NCBI GenBank assembly: GCA_963710755.1
Contig: CAVQBK010000002.1
Location: forward strand, 160,001 to 224,000
From: an uncultured bacterium
GTDB taxonomy: Bacteria > Oederibacteriota > JAAXVQ01 > JAUVAV01
Length of the DNA stretch: 64,000 nt
Reading direction: 5' to 3'
Part shown: positions 20,169 to 30,987 of the stretch, piece after piece
Position numbering within the stretch: position 1 is the stretch's first letter
Layout: each line of letters begins with the position of its first letter
Made by a program: the position numbers and the translations under genes
The notes under the pieces: model-generated
Seen by the model: only the letters and a program-made list of their open reading frames with translations
Told to the model about the DNA's origin: nothing
Databases searched by the model: none

Positions 20169-20602
20169 TATAGCACCTCGACTTTACCGCCCGCTGCCGT
20201 TAACTTCTCAGCCGCACTCTTTGAAAATTTATGAGCCCGAATGGTAATGCCTTTAGGAGCATCCCCGGTTCCGAGAATCTTAACTTTCATGTCCTTTTTA
20301 ACCAAGCCCTTTTCATGTAAGCGTTTGGGATCCACTTCACTACCTTCAAAAGGGGCCAAATCCCTAAGATTTAGAACTTCATAAGTTGTCTTAAAAATAT
20401 TGTGGAATCCCCTTTTGGGCATGCGTTGGGTCAACGGCATTTGGCCACCTTCAAAGCCTGGACCTTTTCCTCGGCCGCTGCGGGATTTTTGTCCGTCTTG
20501 ACCGTAAGAACTGGTTTTGCCCCATCCCGAACCAATTCCCCGCCCAACTCTATGTCTACTCCTCCGTGCACCTTTAGCTGGTGCCAGTTCACCAATCTTC
20601 AT
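20168..20602 (-). CDS. rplO: 50S ribosomal protein L15
   Basis: Start MKIGEL at 20602 after AAGGAG; GRGIGSG.GKT, GFEGGQMPL. Confidence 0.96.
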   Translation of the reverse strand: MKIGELAPAKGARRSRHRVGRGIGSGWGKTSSYGQDGQKSRSGRGKGPGFEGGQMPLTQRMPKRGFHNIFKTTYEVLNLRDLAPFEGSEVDPKRLHEKGLVKKDMKVKILGTGDAPKGITIRAHKFSKSAAEKLTAAGGKVEVL

Positions 20603-20862
20603 CGTGGTCCAACTCCTTTCACTCGCAAGCAAAGCCTCTTGCTCATCCTCAAATGCACTCCCAAAAGGGTTGTGCTCTAGCATCAGACCCATGACCCGGC
20701 TGAAATGGGTTTTCAAAAGGCGTCTATTATACCGATACTTTACAGCCTTGAAAAGCTTTTAATACCTTTTCATTCATTTTAGCGATGAATGGAATATAAA
20801 AATTAAATGGCTTCTGGTAGCCTCTGTATCACCCGTTGCGGTCGTACATTCTATCATTAATC

Positions 20863-21051
20863 TTAAGCGTCTACGGATTCAATGGCTACCAAATGGCGTA
20901 CTACGGTGAGCATGCCCGTGATTTCCGGACGTACCGTCAGAATATTGGAAGATCCAATTTTACCCAACCCCAAAGCTTTGACTGTTCCCCTTTGTTTTTG
21001 AGAGGTACCGGCCATACCCCGTGTCAAGGTTACCTTAACTTTTTCTGTCAT
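20863..21051 (-). CDS. rpmD: 50S ribosomal protein L30
   Basis: 62 aa, TVKALGL.K, GML..V.HLV; between rpsE and rplO. Confidence 0.93.
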   Translation of the reverse strand: MTEKVKVTLTRGMAGTSQKQRGTVKALGLGKIGSSNILTVRPEITGMLTVVRHLVAIESVDA

Positions 21052-21578
21052 GATTTAAAGGCCTCCTGCTCTCTGGCAACCGTCGTAGCACCGCCGGGCA
21101 ATTTCCCGCGCAAACGCAATACTTCCTCTTTGCTAAGCAGGTTTTTGAAGCCTTCGAAAGTGGCATGCAACACATTGTGGGGATTATTGGTCCCGATAAT
21201 TTTAGTCAAAATATCATGGATGCCAACCACATCCATAACTGCCCGCACCGCACCACCGGCAATGACACCGGTACCGGGAGAAGCGGGTTTCATCAGCACT
21301 TTCGCCGAACCAAAACAACCCAAGACTTCATGAGGAATGGTTTTACCTTTCAAGGGTACTTGGATCATATTTTTTTTGGCTGCCTGAACGGCCTTGGCAA
21401 TCGACTCGGGTACTTCATTGGCCTTTCCCAACCCAAAGCCCACCTTGCCGTTGCCATCGCCAACCACCACCAGGGAGGAAAAATTGAAACGCCGGCCACC
21501 TTTGACGACTTTGGCCACCCGGTTGATTTTAACCACCCGATCTTTTAGTTCTGTCGTGTTATCCTGTTTTTGACTCAA
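21048..21578 (-). CDS. rpsE: 30S ribosomal protein S5
   Basis: [26 protein letters not shown]. Confidence 0.98.
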   Translation of the reverse strand: MSQKQDNTTELKDRVVKINRVAKVVKGGRRFNFSSLVVVGDGNGKVGFGLGKANEVPESIAKAVQAAKKNMIQVPLKGKTIPHEVLGCFGSAKVLMKPASPGTGVIAGGAVRAVMDVVGIHDILTKIIGTNNPHNVLHATFEGFKNLLSKEEVLRLRGKLPGGATTVAREQEAFKS

Positions 21579-21608
21579 AATGAATCTCCTCCTCAGCGCG
21601 CCTGGCGG

Positions 21609-21974
21609 CTAAAATTCCAGACCCGATTCGCGCGCTGCTTCAGCCAGCGCTTTAATGGCACCATGATAACGATGACCGCCCCGGTCAAAAACGATTTTCT
21701 TGATCCCTTTGGCTTGCGCCCGTTCCGCCACCATGGTGCCAACCTTTTTGGCGGTTTCAACATTGGCACTGCCCTGCAGCTGTCCTTTTAAGGCTGCTTC
21801 CTGGGTACTGACAGATGCCAGGGTATTGCCCTTGCTGTCGTCAACAACCTGGACAAAAAAGTGTTTGTGACTTTTAAACACGTTCAAGCGTGGACGCTCA
21901 CTGGTGCCAATAATCTGGCGCCGGATGCGTTCATGTCTCATGTTTCTCTCTTTTTTTCTATCAACTTTAGGCAT
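21609..21974 (-). CDS. rplR: 50S ribosomal protein L18
   Basis: RPRLNVFKS, VFDRGG.RYHG. Confidence 0.97.
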   Translation of the reverse strand: MPKVDRKKERNMRHERIRRQIIGTSERPRLNVFKSHKHFFVQVVDDSKGNTLASVSTQEAALKGQLQGSANVETAKKVGTMVAERAQAKGIKKIVFDRGGHRYHGAIKALAEAARESGLEF

Positions 21975-21996
21975 TGTTCAAAGCCCCACCTTTCTC

Positions 21997-22548
21997 CTAC
22001 TTCTTGCCGCCTGCGCCGGCTTTGCCGACTTTCTGTTTAACCACTTCTCCGTCATAACGAATACCTTTACCTTTATAAGGTTCGGGTTTACGAACGAAAC
22101 GAAGATCAGCGGCTACCGATCCCACCAACTCCTTATCAATGCCTTTGACCACAATTTGGGTGGGCTTGGGAGCTTCCAGGGCAATGCCGGCAGGCGCTAT
22201 ATATTCCACAGGATGGGAATAGCCGACATTCAGGGTTAACTTATTCCCAGCCACTTGGACGCGATAACCGACGCCGCGCACTTCCAGCGATTTTTCAAAA
22301 CCGTCGGTCACGCCTTTAACCATATTATAAATCAAGGTTCTGGTCAAACCGTACAGCCCTCGAAAAATCTTATCATGGCTCTCCGGTTTTTTAACGACAA
22401 TCCGTTCACTGTTCACGTCAATTTCCATACTGGGATGGAGATCACGTTCTAATTTGCCTTTGGGTCCTTTGACCACCAAATGGTTGCCTTTTAAGTCCAC
22501 CGATACCCCTTGGCCTATTGGAACCGGCAATTTACCAACACGTGACAT
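21997..22548 (-). CDS. rplF: 50S ribosomal protein L6
   Basis: MSRVGK.P, GVGYR, PEPYKGKGIRY. Confidence 0.98.
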   Translation of the reverse strand: MSRVGKLPVPIGQGVSVDLKGNHLVVKGPKGKLERDLHPSMEIDVNSERIVVKKPESHDKIFRGLYGLTRTLIYNMVKGVTDGFEKSLEVRGVGYRVQVAGNKLTLNVGYSHPVEYIAPAGIALEAPKPTQIVVKGIDKELVGSVAADLRFVRKPEPYKGKGIRYDGEVVKQKVGKAGAGGKK

Positions 22549-22560
22549 GGGTTCTCCTCC

Positions 22561-22959
22561 TTACCACAAATAGCAGAGCACTTCGCCGCCAACAGAGGCC
22601 AGCCGTGCTTGTCGGTCTGTCATAATACCCTTAGACGTTGAGAGGATCGCTACGCCAAGTCCCCCAAGCACGCGCGGGATTCGGTCAGCGCTGGTGTACA
22701 CACGGCACCCCGGCCGGGACACGCGTTTGACGTCTTTAATGACTCGTTCCCGGTTGGGACCATATTTCATAAAGACCCGGATCGTTCCCTGGCGTTTATC
22801 CTCCAGCAACTTGAAGTTCTTGACAAACCCTTCTTCCTTGATGATCCGCACGATTTCCTGCTTAATTTTGGAAAAAGGAATGTCGACTTTCTCGTGATTC
22901 GCCCGGTTGGCATTGCGTAACCGAGTTAGCAAATCTGAAATTGGATCAGACATTGACAT
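22561..22959 (-). CDS. rpsH: 30S ribosomal protein S8
   Basis: [25 protein letters not shown]. Confidence 0.98.
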   Translation of the reverse strand: MSMSDPISDLLTRLRNANRANHEKVDIPFSKIKQEIVRIIKEEGFVKNFKLLEDKRQGTIRVFMKYGPNRERVIKDVKRVSRPGCRVYTSADRIPRVLGGLGVAILSTSKGIMTDRQARLASVGGEVLCYLW

Positions 22960-22997
22960 ATTTTTTCACCCTCTCTTATCAGGTAACATTAATCGAA

Positions 22998-23183
22998 CTA
23001 CCAGCTGGCTTTAATCACGCCGGGAATTTTACCCTGGCTCGCCAAATTTCGAAAACAAATCCGGCAGATTCCAAATTTCCTTAAATAACCGCGGGGACGA
23101 CCACACAACATGCATCGATTGTATTGACGTACCTTGAACTTTTGCTCTTTTTTTTGCTTATTGATCATACTTAATTTTGCCAT
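22998..23183 (-). CDS. rpsN: 30S ribosomal protein S14 (Zn-binding type Z)
   Basis: MAK start at 23183; [22 protein letters not shown]. Confidence 0.96.
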   Translation of the reverse strand: MAKLSMINKQKKEQKFKVRQYNRCMLCGRPRGYLRKFGICRICFRNLASQGKIPGVIKASW

Positions 23184-23196
23184 GAATGCCTCCAGC

Positions 23197-23739
23197 CTAA
23201 CGTTTGGCAAAGGGCATGCCGTATTCCGAAAGCAACGCCTCTGCCTCTGCATTAGTTTTCGCTGTGGTCACAAAGGTAATATTCATCCCATGCAACCCCA
23301 TGATTTTATCAAAGTTGATCTCCGGAAAAATAATCTGCTCTTTGATACCCAGATTATAATTACCGCGACCGTCAAATCCCTTTTTGGAAATACCTCGAAA
23401 GTCCTTGATCCGTGGCAGGGCCAAATTGATAAACCGGTCCATGAATTCATACATCATGGTGCCCCGCAAAGTTACCCGTGCACCGACCGGATTATTTTCC
23501 CGTAATTTAAAATTGCTGATAGACTTTTTGGCGCGGGTAATGACCGGACGTTGGCCGGTAATCTGAGCCAGTTCTTCCGCCGCGGTCTCCAGTAATTTAA
23601 TGTTTTCTGTGGCCCGCCCCATGCCCACATTGAGCACAACTTTTTCAACCCGCGGCACACTATTGGCATTTTTATAACTAAATTTTTCCTTCAGGATCGG
23701 GATGATTTCCTTGAGATATTTATCCTTCAAACGCACCAT
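23197..23739 (-). CDS. rplE: 50S ribosomal protein L5
   Basis: [33 protein letters not shown]. Confidence 0.97.
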   Translation of the reverse strand: MVRLKDKYLKEIIPILKEKFSYKNANSVPRVEKVVLNVGMGRATENIKLLETAAEELAQITGQRPVITRAKKSISNFKLRENNPVGARVTLRGTMMYEFMDRFINLALPRIKDFRGISKKGFDGRGNYNLGIKEQIIFPEINFDKIMGLHGMNITFVTTAKTNAEAEALLSEYGMPFAKR

Positions 23740-23850
23740 TGCCTTTTCCTCCATCATTAGTGACCGAAAATAGGTCAACCCTTCCGCTGTCCTGCTGCCA
23801 TGATCACTCTGGTCATAACCAACATTCTTGATGACCTGCCGGTGTCCCAG

Positions 23851-24180
23851 TTAATCGATCATTTCCTTGCACTTTTTACACACTCTTATAAATTTCTTAT
23901 TGTCCCCGACCTGCTGGTATCGGACCTGGGTGACTTCATTGCATTTATTACAAATCAGTTTGAGTTTAGCCAATGCCAAGGGAGCTTCCTTTTCCAAGAT
24001 ACCGCCCTGTGGCATTTTTTGCGTAGGCCGGCTATGACGTTTCACAAAATTAATCTTCTCCACGACCGCTTGGCCTTTTTTCGGGAAAACCTTCAAGATT
24101 TTCCCACTTTTTCCTTTGTCCTTGCCCGAGATAACGGTTACGATGTCATCTTTGTGCAATCTAGGTTTAACGGCGTCCAT
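23851..24180 (-). CDS. rplX: 50S ribosomal protein L24
   Basis: KOW motif VISGKDKGKSG, GGILEKEAP. Confidence 0.97.
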   Translation of the reverse strand: MDAVKPRLHKDDIVTVISGKDKGKSGKILKVFPKKGQAVVEKINFVKRHSRPTQKMPQGGILEKEAPLALAKLKLICNKCNEVTQVRYQQVGDNKKFIRVCKKCKEMID

Positions 24181-24196
24181 GATCCTATTCCTTTCT

Positions 24197-24565
24197 CTAC
24201 AGCACTTCCGGTGCTAGCGACACAATTTTGGCAAAATTCCGTTCCCGCAATTCCCTGGCCACAGGCCCAAAGATACGCGTGCCCCGCGGGTTCATTTGAT
24301 CATTAATAATTACAGCGGCATTTTCATCAAAGCGGATATAAGACCCGTCCGCCCGGCGATGGTTTCTGGCCACCCGGACAATAACTGCTTTGACCACGTC
24401 TTTTTTCTTGACTTGGGCTCCGGGAATGGCCTCTTTAACCGCACCAACTATAATATCTCCCAAACCGGCATAGCGCCGACGCGTGCCCCCCAATACTTTT
24501 ATACATTGGATGCGTTTGGCCCCGGAATTGTCCGAAACCTTCAGCATGGTTTGAACTTGAATCAT
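24197..24565 (-). CDS. rplN: 50S ribosomal protein L14
   Basis: MIQ start at 24565, [19 protein letters not shown]. Confidence 0.98.
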   Translation of the reverse strand: MIQVQTMLKVSDNSGAKRIQCIKVLGGTRRRYAGLGDIIVGAVKEAIPGAQVKKKDVVKAVIVRVARNHRRADGSYIRFDENAAVIINDQMNPRGTRIFGPVARELRERNFAKIVSLAPEVL

Positions 24566-24588
24566 TGTCTCCCCGCCTCCTTGGACGC

Positions 24589-24852
24589 TTACTGAACTTT
24601 TGCGCGTTCGATAATTTCCACCAATGTGTGATATTTTTCTGCCGACTGTGGGCGGGTTTCCCGGATACGCACGGTGTCTCCAATACCACATTGGTTCTGC
24701 TCATCATGAATTTTATATTTTTTTGTCCTCCGGATATAACGTTTATACCGAGGATGTTGCATCATACGATCGATCCGCACGACCGCAGTTTTATCCATTT
24801 TATTACTCACCACAATGCCCACTTTATCTTTACTGGTGATCAGCCCTGCCAT
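24589..24852 (-). CDS. rpsQ: 30S ribosomal protein S17
   Basis: [19 protein letters not shown]. Confidence 0.97.
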   Translation of the reverse strand: MAGLITSKDKVGIVVSNKMDKTAVVRIDRMMQHPRYKRYIRRTKKYKIHDEQNQCGIGDTVRIRETRPQSAEKYHTLVEIIERAKVQ

Positions 24853-24880
24853 GGCTTCTCCTCCTTCTGCAAATTAAAAA

Positions 24881-25108
24881 CTAGTTCTGGCTTTCAGCCG
24901 CCGCGGTTGTCGCGATTCCTTTAATCGTCATCTCCCGCAACAGTGTTTTGATGCGGGCGATATCTCTGCGTTTCACCCTGACTTGGGCGGTATTTTCCAT
25001 TTGTTTGGTCTGGACCTTGATGTTTAATTTGAAAAGCTCGTCCTGAAGACCGGCCAATTTCCGTTCCAGTTCCTCTTTATTCATTTCCCGCAGTTGTTCT
25101 ATTTTCAT
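24881..25108 (-). CDS. rpmC: 50S ribosomal protein L29
   Basis: ELFKL, RRDIARIKT. Confidence 0.95.
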   Translation of the reverse strand: MKIEQLREMNKEELERKLAGLQDELFKLNIKVQTKQMENTAQVRVKRRDIARIKTLLREMTIKGIATTAAAESQN

Positions 25109-25111
25109 TGC

Positions 25112-25531
25112 TTAAACCCCCAATTCGTCACGTGTTACAAACTTGGTGGCAATGGGCAGACGATGGGCTGCCAACAGAAAAGCTGCTTTGGCGATGTCTT
25201 CATTAACCCCTTCCAATTCAAACATGACACGTCCCGGTTTAACCACAGCCACCCAGCCTTCCGGGGCCCCTTTACCTTTTCCCATACGCGTTTCCGCAGG
25301 TTTTTTGGTGAAAGGTTTGTCCGGGAAAATACGAATCCATATTTTCCCACCTCGTTTCAAACGGCGGTTAATGACCACACGGCAGGCTTCGATCTGGGCA
25401 CTGGTAATCCAGGCCGGTTCCAGCGCCTTAAGGCCAAAACTTCCAAAACTCACTTTATTACCCCGGTGGGCCAGGCCTCGCATGTTCCCCCGTTGGACTT
25501 TACGATGTTTTACTCTCTTAGGCAGCAGCAT
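25112..25531 (-). CDS. rplP: 50S ribosomal protein L16
   Basis: [11 protein letters not shown] start, [15 protein letters not shown]. Confidence 0.97.
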   Translation of the reverse strand: MLLPKRVKHRKVQRGNMRGLAHRGNKVSFGSFGLKALEPAWITSAQIEACRVVINRRLKRGGKIWIRIFPDKPFTKKPAETRMGKGKGAPEGWVAVVKPGRVMFELEGVNEDIAKAAFLLAAHRLPIATKFVTRDELGV

Positions 25532-26180
25532 GACGTTTTCCACTCCGTTGTTTTTCTTCTTTGGGGGTATCGGCAAACAGCCAAACTTTTACCCCAATGC
25601 ACCCGTAGGTGGTATTGGCCGTGGCAGTGCCAAATTGAATATTGGCCCTCAGTGTGTGCAGAGGGATCTGGCCTTCACGATACCATTCGCGTCTGGCAAT
25701 TTCTGCCCCTGCCAAACGGCCGGAACAGGCGATCCGAATGCCCTTTGCTCCAGCTTCCATGCTGGTGGTAACGGAACGTTTCATAGCCCGGCGGAATGCA
25801 ATCCGCCTTTCCAGTTGGCGGGCAATATTTTGGGCCACCAGTACTGCATCCAATTCAGGGCGTTTAACTTCCATAATGTTGACCGCGACTTGCTTGCCGG
25901 TCAGTGTCTGCAAATCCTTGCGCAGGGCATCAATTTCAGAACCTTTTTTCCCGATAATAATACCCGGCTTAGCGGCATAAATGGAGATCGTAGCCCGCTG
26001 GGAAGCGCGCTCGATTTCGATTTTGGAAATGCCGGCATGACTTAACCGTTTATCCAGAAACGTCCTGATTTTGTTATCTTCCATCAGAAGATCCGCAAAA
26101 TTTTTCTTCGCAAACCATTGCGAATCCCAGGTACGTGTGATGCCCAACCTCAAGCCAATGGGATTGACTTTTTGACCCAC
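25518..26180 (-). CDS. rpsC: 30S ribosomal protein S3
   Basis: [31 protein letters not shown]. Confidence 0.98.
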   Translation of the reverse strand: MGQKVNPIGLRLGITRTWDSQWFAKKNFADLLMEDNKIRTFLDKRLSHAGISKIEIERASQRATISIYAAKPGIIIGKKGSEIDALRKDLQTLTGKQVAVNIMEVKRPELDAVLVAQNIARQLERRIAFRRAMKRSVTTSMEAGAKGIRIACSGRLAGAEIARREWYREGQIPLHTLRANIQFGTATANTTYGCIGVKVWLFADTPKEEKQRSGKRHAAA

Positions 26181-26191
26181 AATAAGCCTCC

Positions 26192-26560
26192 TTATGCCTT
26201 CACTTCAGTGGTTTCGGTTTTACCATCGGAAACCACCAAAGTGACATGCGCTGTATGATTATGAATTTTACTGGCCCGCCCCATGGCGCGTGGTACAAAC
26301 CGTTTGGCATTACGCTGCAAAGGTCCTTGGTCGGCACGGCATTCCTTGATGAACAATCTATTGGCATCCACATTGGGACGCTGGCCGGCTGCCGCAATAG
26401 CTGACTTGAGCAACCTGGTTAAAATCGGCGACGCTGCCTTAGGCACAAACTGCAACACATTGAGGGCCTCATTCACATTCTTATTTCTGATGAGTGCGGC
26501 CACGATGCCTACTTTCCGGGGTGCGATTCTTAGGTGGCGCGCCATGACTTTCTGATCCAT
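26192..26560 (-). CDS. rplV: 50S ribosomal protein L22
   Basis: RIAPRK, LLKSA.A.A, PRAMGRA. Confidence 0.95.
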   Translation of the reverse strand: MDQKVMARHLRIAPRKVGIVAALIRNKNVNEALNVLQFVPKAASPILTRLLKSAIAAAGQRPNVDANRLFIKECRADQGPLQRNAKRFVPRAMGRASKIHNHTAHVTLVVSDGKTETTEVKA

Positions 26561-26601
26561 AATCTCCTCCTAAAGCCCTGACCTTAACGGTCAATCAGGC
26601 C

Positions 26602-26880
26602 TTATTTACCTGTGGTTTTTTCACTAGCCTTATGGCCTTTAAAGATACGGGTGGGAGCGAACTCACCCAGTTTATGTCCCACCATGTTCTCTGACAAAAA
26701 AATGGGGAGAAATTTTTTACCATTATGGATGGCCAGGGTGTGACCGACCATTTCCGGGGTAATGGTGGAGCTTCTTGCCCAGGTCTTGACAACTTTTTTT
26801 TCATTTACCTCATTCATGGTCTCAATTTTTTTCATCAGCTTGAGATCCACATAGGGGCCTTTTTTGAGCGAACGTGCCAC
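26602..26880 (-). CDS. rpsS: 30S ribosomal protein S19
   Basis: [24 protein letters not shown]. Confidence 0.98.
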   Translation of the reverse strand: MARSLKKGPYVDLKLMKKIETMNEVNEKKVVKTWARSSTITPEMVGHTLAIHNGKKFLPIFLSENMVGHKLGEFAPTRIFKGHKASEKTTGK

Positions 26881-26895
26881 TTAGTCAGCCCTCCC

Positions 26896-27726
26896 TTATT
26901 TGGAATTGCGTCGCCGGATGATCATGCGATCGCTTTCTTTGTTTTTCTTGCGGGTCTTAAATCCCTTGGTCGGAATACCCCAAGGCGTAACCGGATGCCG
27001 TCCCCCTGAGGTCCGACCTTCACCACCGCCGTGGGGATGGTCCACAGGATTCTTGGCCACACCACGGGAGCGGGGTTTGAACCCCAGCCAGCGGTGACGG
27101 CCAGCCTTACCCAAGGTGATATTTTCGTGTTCCCGGTTGCCCACCTGGCCAATGGTGGCTTTACAATCCAAATGAATCAAACGCACTTCCCCGGAAGGCA
27201 GTTTCACATGCCCGTAGTCGCCTTCCTTGGCCATCAACTGGGCACCACTGCCCGCGGAACGAACCAATTTGGCACGAGTACCGATCTTTAACTCGATGTT
27301 ATGGATAGTGGTACCAGCCGGAATTTTTCGAAGCGGCAGCGTATTGCCGGTTTGAATGTCCGCTTCTTCACCGGCATAGATTATTTGGCCAACTTGCAGG
27401 CCTTCCGGTGCCACGATGTAACGCTTTTCTCCGTCTAGATACTGGAGCAGGGCGATCCGGGCTGTGCGATTAGGATCGTATTCAAGTCGTTCCACCCGCG
27501 CCGGCACCGCAATTTTATCGCGCATGAAATCCACTATGCGGTAACGGCGCTTGTGGCCGCCTGATTTACGTCGTGCCGTGTAACGTCCGTTAACATTATG
27601 GCCACCGCTCTTGGTTAGTTTGGCTACCAATTTCTTTTCCGGTTTGCCTTTGCCCAGATCACTAAAATCATACCCCGTCATTTGACGGCGCCCTGGACTG
27701 GTAGGACGATAGATTTTCAATGCCAT
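26896..27726 (-). CDS. rplB: 50S ribosomal protein L2
   Basis: [28 protein letters not shown]. Confidence 0.98.
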   Translation of the reverse strand: MALKIYRPTSPGRRQMTGYDFSDLGKGKPEKKLVAKLTKSGGHNVNGRYTARRKSGGHKRRYRIVDFMRDKIAVPARVERLEYDPNRTARIALLQYLDGEKRYIVAPEGLQVGQIIYAGEEADIQTGNTLPLRKIPAGTTIHNIELKIGTRAKLVRSAGSGAQLMAKEGDYGHVKLPSGEVRLIHLDCKATIGQVGNREHENITLGKAGRHRWLGFKPRSRGVAKNPVDHPHGGGEGRTSGGRHPVTPWGIPTKGFKTRKKNKESDRMIIRRRNSK

Positions 27727-27745
27727 CGCTATTCTCCTTTAAACC

Positions 27746-28033
27746 TTATGCGCCTTCGTAAACTTCTATCCGGTCGCCGCTTTTTAATTTTGCCACCGCT
27801 TTTTTCCAACTCCGTTTTGGAGACAGGTGGGCTCCAAAGCGCCGGCTTTTACCGGGCATAGTGGTGGTATTCACATCAAGCACTTTTACATTGAAGATCT
27901 TTTCAATAGCTTGTTTGATCTGAATTTTATTAGCCCGCCGGTCAACTTCAAAAGCATAACAATTACCGGCCTCTTTGCTGACATTGGTTTTTTCCGTGAT
28001 CAAAGGACGCTTCACAATTTGATAGGGATTCAT
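27746..28033 (-). CDS. rplW: 50S ribosomal protein L23
   Basis: PLITEK, ANKIQIKQA.E.IF.VKV, WKKA. Confidence 0.97.
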   Translation of the reverse strand: MNPYQIVKRPLITEKTNVSKEAGNCYAFEVDRRANKIQIKQAIEKIFNVKVLDVNTTTMPGKSRRFGAHLSPKRSWKKAVAKLKSGDRIEVYEGA

Positions 28034-28656
28034 TTGCCAAAAGTCTCCTCAATTTTTGTTACGGCCGCTTTGGTCATCAAGAGATTATCGCAATTGATCA
28101 AGTCATAAGTATTGATATTGTCTGAATTCAATATCTTCAGATTCGTGATGTTACGGCCGGAGAGACGGATAGTGTCATTCTTCTCTCCCAACACAAAGGT
28201 GATTTTACCCTCTAAGTTCAGGTTTTTTAATACGGCCACCATGGCTTTGGTTTTGATTTCATTGAGGGTAAGGTCCTCAAGAACTACCATTTCATTATCT
28301 TTCAGCTTGGCGCTGAGAGCACTGCAAACGGCCTGACGACGCATTTTTTTAGGCATCTCCCAGCTATAGTCCCGGGGTTTAGGACCAAACGTGATGCCCC
28401 CTTTATACCATAGGGGTGACCGGTTGCTGCCGGCCCGGGCACGGCCCGTCCCTTTTTGCTTCCACGGCTTTACGCCACCCCCGGAGACCTCTCCCCGCGT
28501 TTTGGTGGAATGGGTTCCCCGCCGTTTATTGGCTAAGTGGCTGTTGATGGCTTCCCAAATCAAGTGTTGATTGATAGTGGTACCAAAGACTTTATCTGAT
28601 AACGCCAATTCCCCGGAAGGTTGGTTTTCCTGATTGACTATTTTAATCGTCGGCAT
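28030..28656 (-). CDS. rplD: 50S ribosomal protein L4
   Basis: TKTRGEVSGGG.KPWKQKGTGRARAG. Confidence 0.98.
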   Translation of the reverse strand: MPTIKIVNQENQPSGELALSDKVFGTTINQHLIWEAINSHLANKRRGTHSTKTRGEVSGGGVKPWKQKGTGRARAGSNRSPLWYKGGITFGPKPRDYSWEMPKKMRRQAVCSALSAKLKDNEMVVLEDLTLNEIKTKAMVAVLKNLNLEGKITFVLGEKNDTIRLSGRNITNLKILNSDNINTYDLINCDNLLMTKAAVTKIEETFGK

Positions 28657-29297
28657 TAGCGTTTACCTCCCCGGTTACTTTTCCTAATCAACACCAGCTC
28701 ACGGTTAGCGCCCGGGATAGCTCCCTTGATAAGAAGTAGGTTTTTTTCTTTATCTACTTTAACCAACTTCAATTTAATCGCCGTGGTTTCGACATTCCCC
28801 ATTTGGCCAGGAAAGCGCATACCTTTGAGTACGCGCGAAGGCTGCGAAGACGCTCCGATGGAGCCAGGCGCCCGGTGGAACATGGACCCGTGGGTATTGC
28901 GCCCGCCGGAAAAATTGTGGCGCTTCATGACGCCCTGAAACCCTTTTCCCTTGGAGGTGCCGCTGACATCCACCCACTTCACTTGATCCAGCACTTCCAC
29001 ACCGAAAGTCTGACCTACCTTCATCTGGGCTTCGTCATCCAAACGTATTTCTTTTAAGACACGCTTGGGTCCAAGATTACGTTTGGTAAATTGCCCTAAT
29101 ACCGGCTTGGTGAGCCGTTGGGGTTTCTGGTCTTCCAAGCCGACTTGCACGGCTGCGTAGCCGTCTTTTTCCTTGGTCTTAACCTGAACCACGGTGCAAG
29201 GCTCGGCCGCCACCACGGTGACAGGGATAATTTTACCCGTCTCATCAAAGATCTGGGTCATCCCTACTTTTCTGCCTAAAATGGTACTTATCATCAT
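28656..29297 (-). CDS. rplC: 50S ribosomal protein L3
   Basis: LGRKVGMTQ, SKGKGFQGVMKR, HGS..HR.PGS; start placed after GGAG RBS. Confidence 0.97.
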   Translation of the reverse strand: MMISTILGRKVGMTQIFDETGKIIPVTVVAAEPCTVVQVKTKEKDGYAAVQVGLEDQKPQRLTKPVLGQFTKRNLGPKRVLKEIRLDDEAQMKVGQTFGVEVLDQVKWVDVSGTSKGKGFQGVMKRHNFSGGRNTHGSMFHRAPGSIGASSQPSRVLKGMRFPGQMGNVETTAIKLKLVKVDKEKNLLLIKGAIPGANRELVLIRKSNRGGKR

Positions 29298-29386
29298 TCC
29301 ATCTCCTAATGCCGGGTTGATTGTCGCTCCCGGCTTCACTTCCCCGCGCTTAAAGACGGGGCATTGGAATACGCTGCCTATTAAAC

Positions 29387-29695
29387 TTAGAGCTTAATCT
29401 CCACATCCACACCTGCCGGCAAGTCCATCTTCATTAACGCATCAATAGTCTTGGGCGTGGGATCTACAATATCCATTAGTCGTTTGTGAGTTCTCACTTC
29501 AAACTGCTCCCGCGATTTTTTATCCACATGCGGACTGCGCAGCACAGTCACACGATTGATACGCGTAGGCAGGGGAACAGGCCCGAACACACGCGCCCCC
29601 GTCCGTTTGGCGGTCTCAATAATATCGCTGGCCGAACGGTCTAAAAGCTTATAATCGTAGGCCTTCATCCTAATTCTGATTTTTTGCTGATCCAT
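29387..29695 (-). CDS. rpsJ: 30S ribosomal protein S10
   Basis: [29 protein letters not shown]. Confidence 0.98.
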   Translation of the reverse strand: MDQQKIRIRMKAYDYKLLDRSASDIIETAKRTGARVFGPVPLPTRINRVTVLRSPHVDKKSREQFEVRTHKRLMDIVDPTPKTIDALMKMDLPAGVDVEIKL

Positions 29696-29715
29696 GGGTT
29701 CCTCCGCCTTGCCCC

Positions 29716-30918
29716 TTATTCAATAATTTCGGAAATAACACCGGCACCGACCGTATGCCCGCCTTCGCGAATAGCAAAGCGCAGCTCTTTTTCCATTGCG
29801 ATCGGGGTGATCAATTCCACTTCCATGCTCACATTGTCACCAGGCATCACCATTTCCACACCTGCCGGCAACTTGATCGAGCCGGTCACATCGGTTGTCC
29901 GGAAATAAAACTGCGGACGATAGTTGTTGAAAAACGGCGTGTGACGACCGCCTTCCTCTTTCTTCAGTACGTACACTTCCCCTTTGAACTTCCGGTGTGG
30001 TGTGATCGTTCCCGGTTGGGCAATGACCTGCCCGCGTTCGATTTCTTCCTTATCCACCCCGCGCAGCAGCACGCCTATATTGTCACCTGCCTGGGCTTCG
30101 TCCAACAGCTTGCGGAACATTTCCACGCCCGTGACCACGCTCTTTTTCGTATCCGTGATCCCAACGATTTCCACGTTGTCCCCGACTTTCACCTTGCCCC
30201 GTTCCACGCGACCCGTGGCCACCGTGCCACGGCCGGTGATCGAGAATACGTCTTCCACCGCCATCAAGAACGGCTTGTCCACATCGCGCACCGGCGTCGG
30301 GATATACTCATCCACCGCATCCACCAATTTCTGGATCGGCTCCCATTCCGGACCTTCAAACACGCCGGTCAGACCTTTTTCCATGGCTTTCAACGCGCTG
30401 CCACGGATAATCGGCGTTTCGTCTCCGTCGAATTCGTACTTGTTCAGCAGTTCCCGAACTTCCATTTCCACCAAATCCAACAATTCCGGATCATCCACCT
30501 GGTCGGTCTTGTTCATGAACACCACGATACGGGGTACGCCCACCTGACGGGCCAGCAGGATGTGTTCCCGCGTCTGTGGCATCGGTCCATCCGAGGCTGA
30601 TACCAACAGAATCGCGCCGTCCATCTGCGCTGCTCCGGTAATCATGTTTTTAATATAGTCCGCGTGACCAGGGCAGTCCACGTGCGCATAATGCCGCTTC
30701 TCGGTCTGATACTCCACGTGCGCTGTGTTGATCGTTATACCACGCGCCTTTTCTTCCGGCGCATTGTCGATTTCATCATACTTCTTTACCGACGCCCCGC
30801 CCTTGCTCGACAAGTACATCGTGATTGTCGCCGTCAATGTCGTCTTGCCATGGTCTACGTGCCCGATGGTTCCGATATTAACGTGCGGTTTTGTACGTTC
30901 AAATTTTTCTTTTGCCAT
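29716..30918 (-). CDS. tuf: elongation factor Tu (str-operon copy)
   Basis: Near-identical to 1853-3055; follows fusA. Confidence 0.99.
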   Translation of the reverse strand: MAKEKFERTKPHVNIGTIGHVDHGKTTLTATITMYLSSKGGASVKKYDEIDNAPEEKARGITINTAHVEYQTEKRHYAHVDCPGHADYIKNMITGAAQMDGAILLVSASDGPMPQTREHILLARQVGVPRIVVFMNKTDQVDDPELLDLVEMEVRELLNKYEFDGDETPIIRGSALKAMEKGLTGVFEGPEWEPIQKLVDAVDEYIPTPVRDVDKPFLMAVEDVFSITGRGTVATGRVERGKVKVGDNVEIVGITDTKKSVVTGVEMFRKLLDEAQAGDNIGVLLRGVDKEEIERGQVIAQPGTITPHRKFKGEVYVLKKEEGGRHTPFFNNYRPQFYFRTTDVTGSIKLPAGVEMVMPGDNVSMEVELITPIAMEKELRFAIREGGHTVGAGVISEIIE

Positions 30919-30987
30919 TGGCAAACCTCCTTGTTGAGGATATTTTTTTGTTCAATTCACCAAAACTTCAACCCCGGCTACGCCGAA

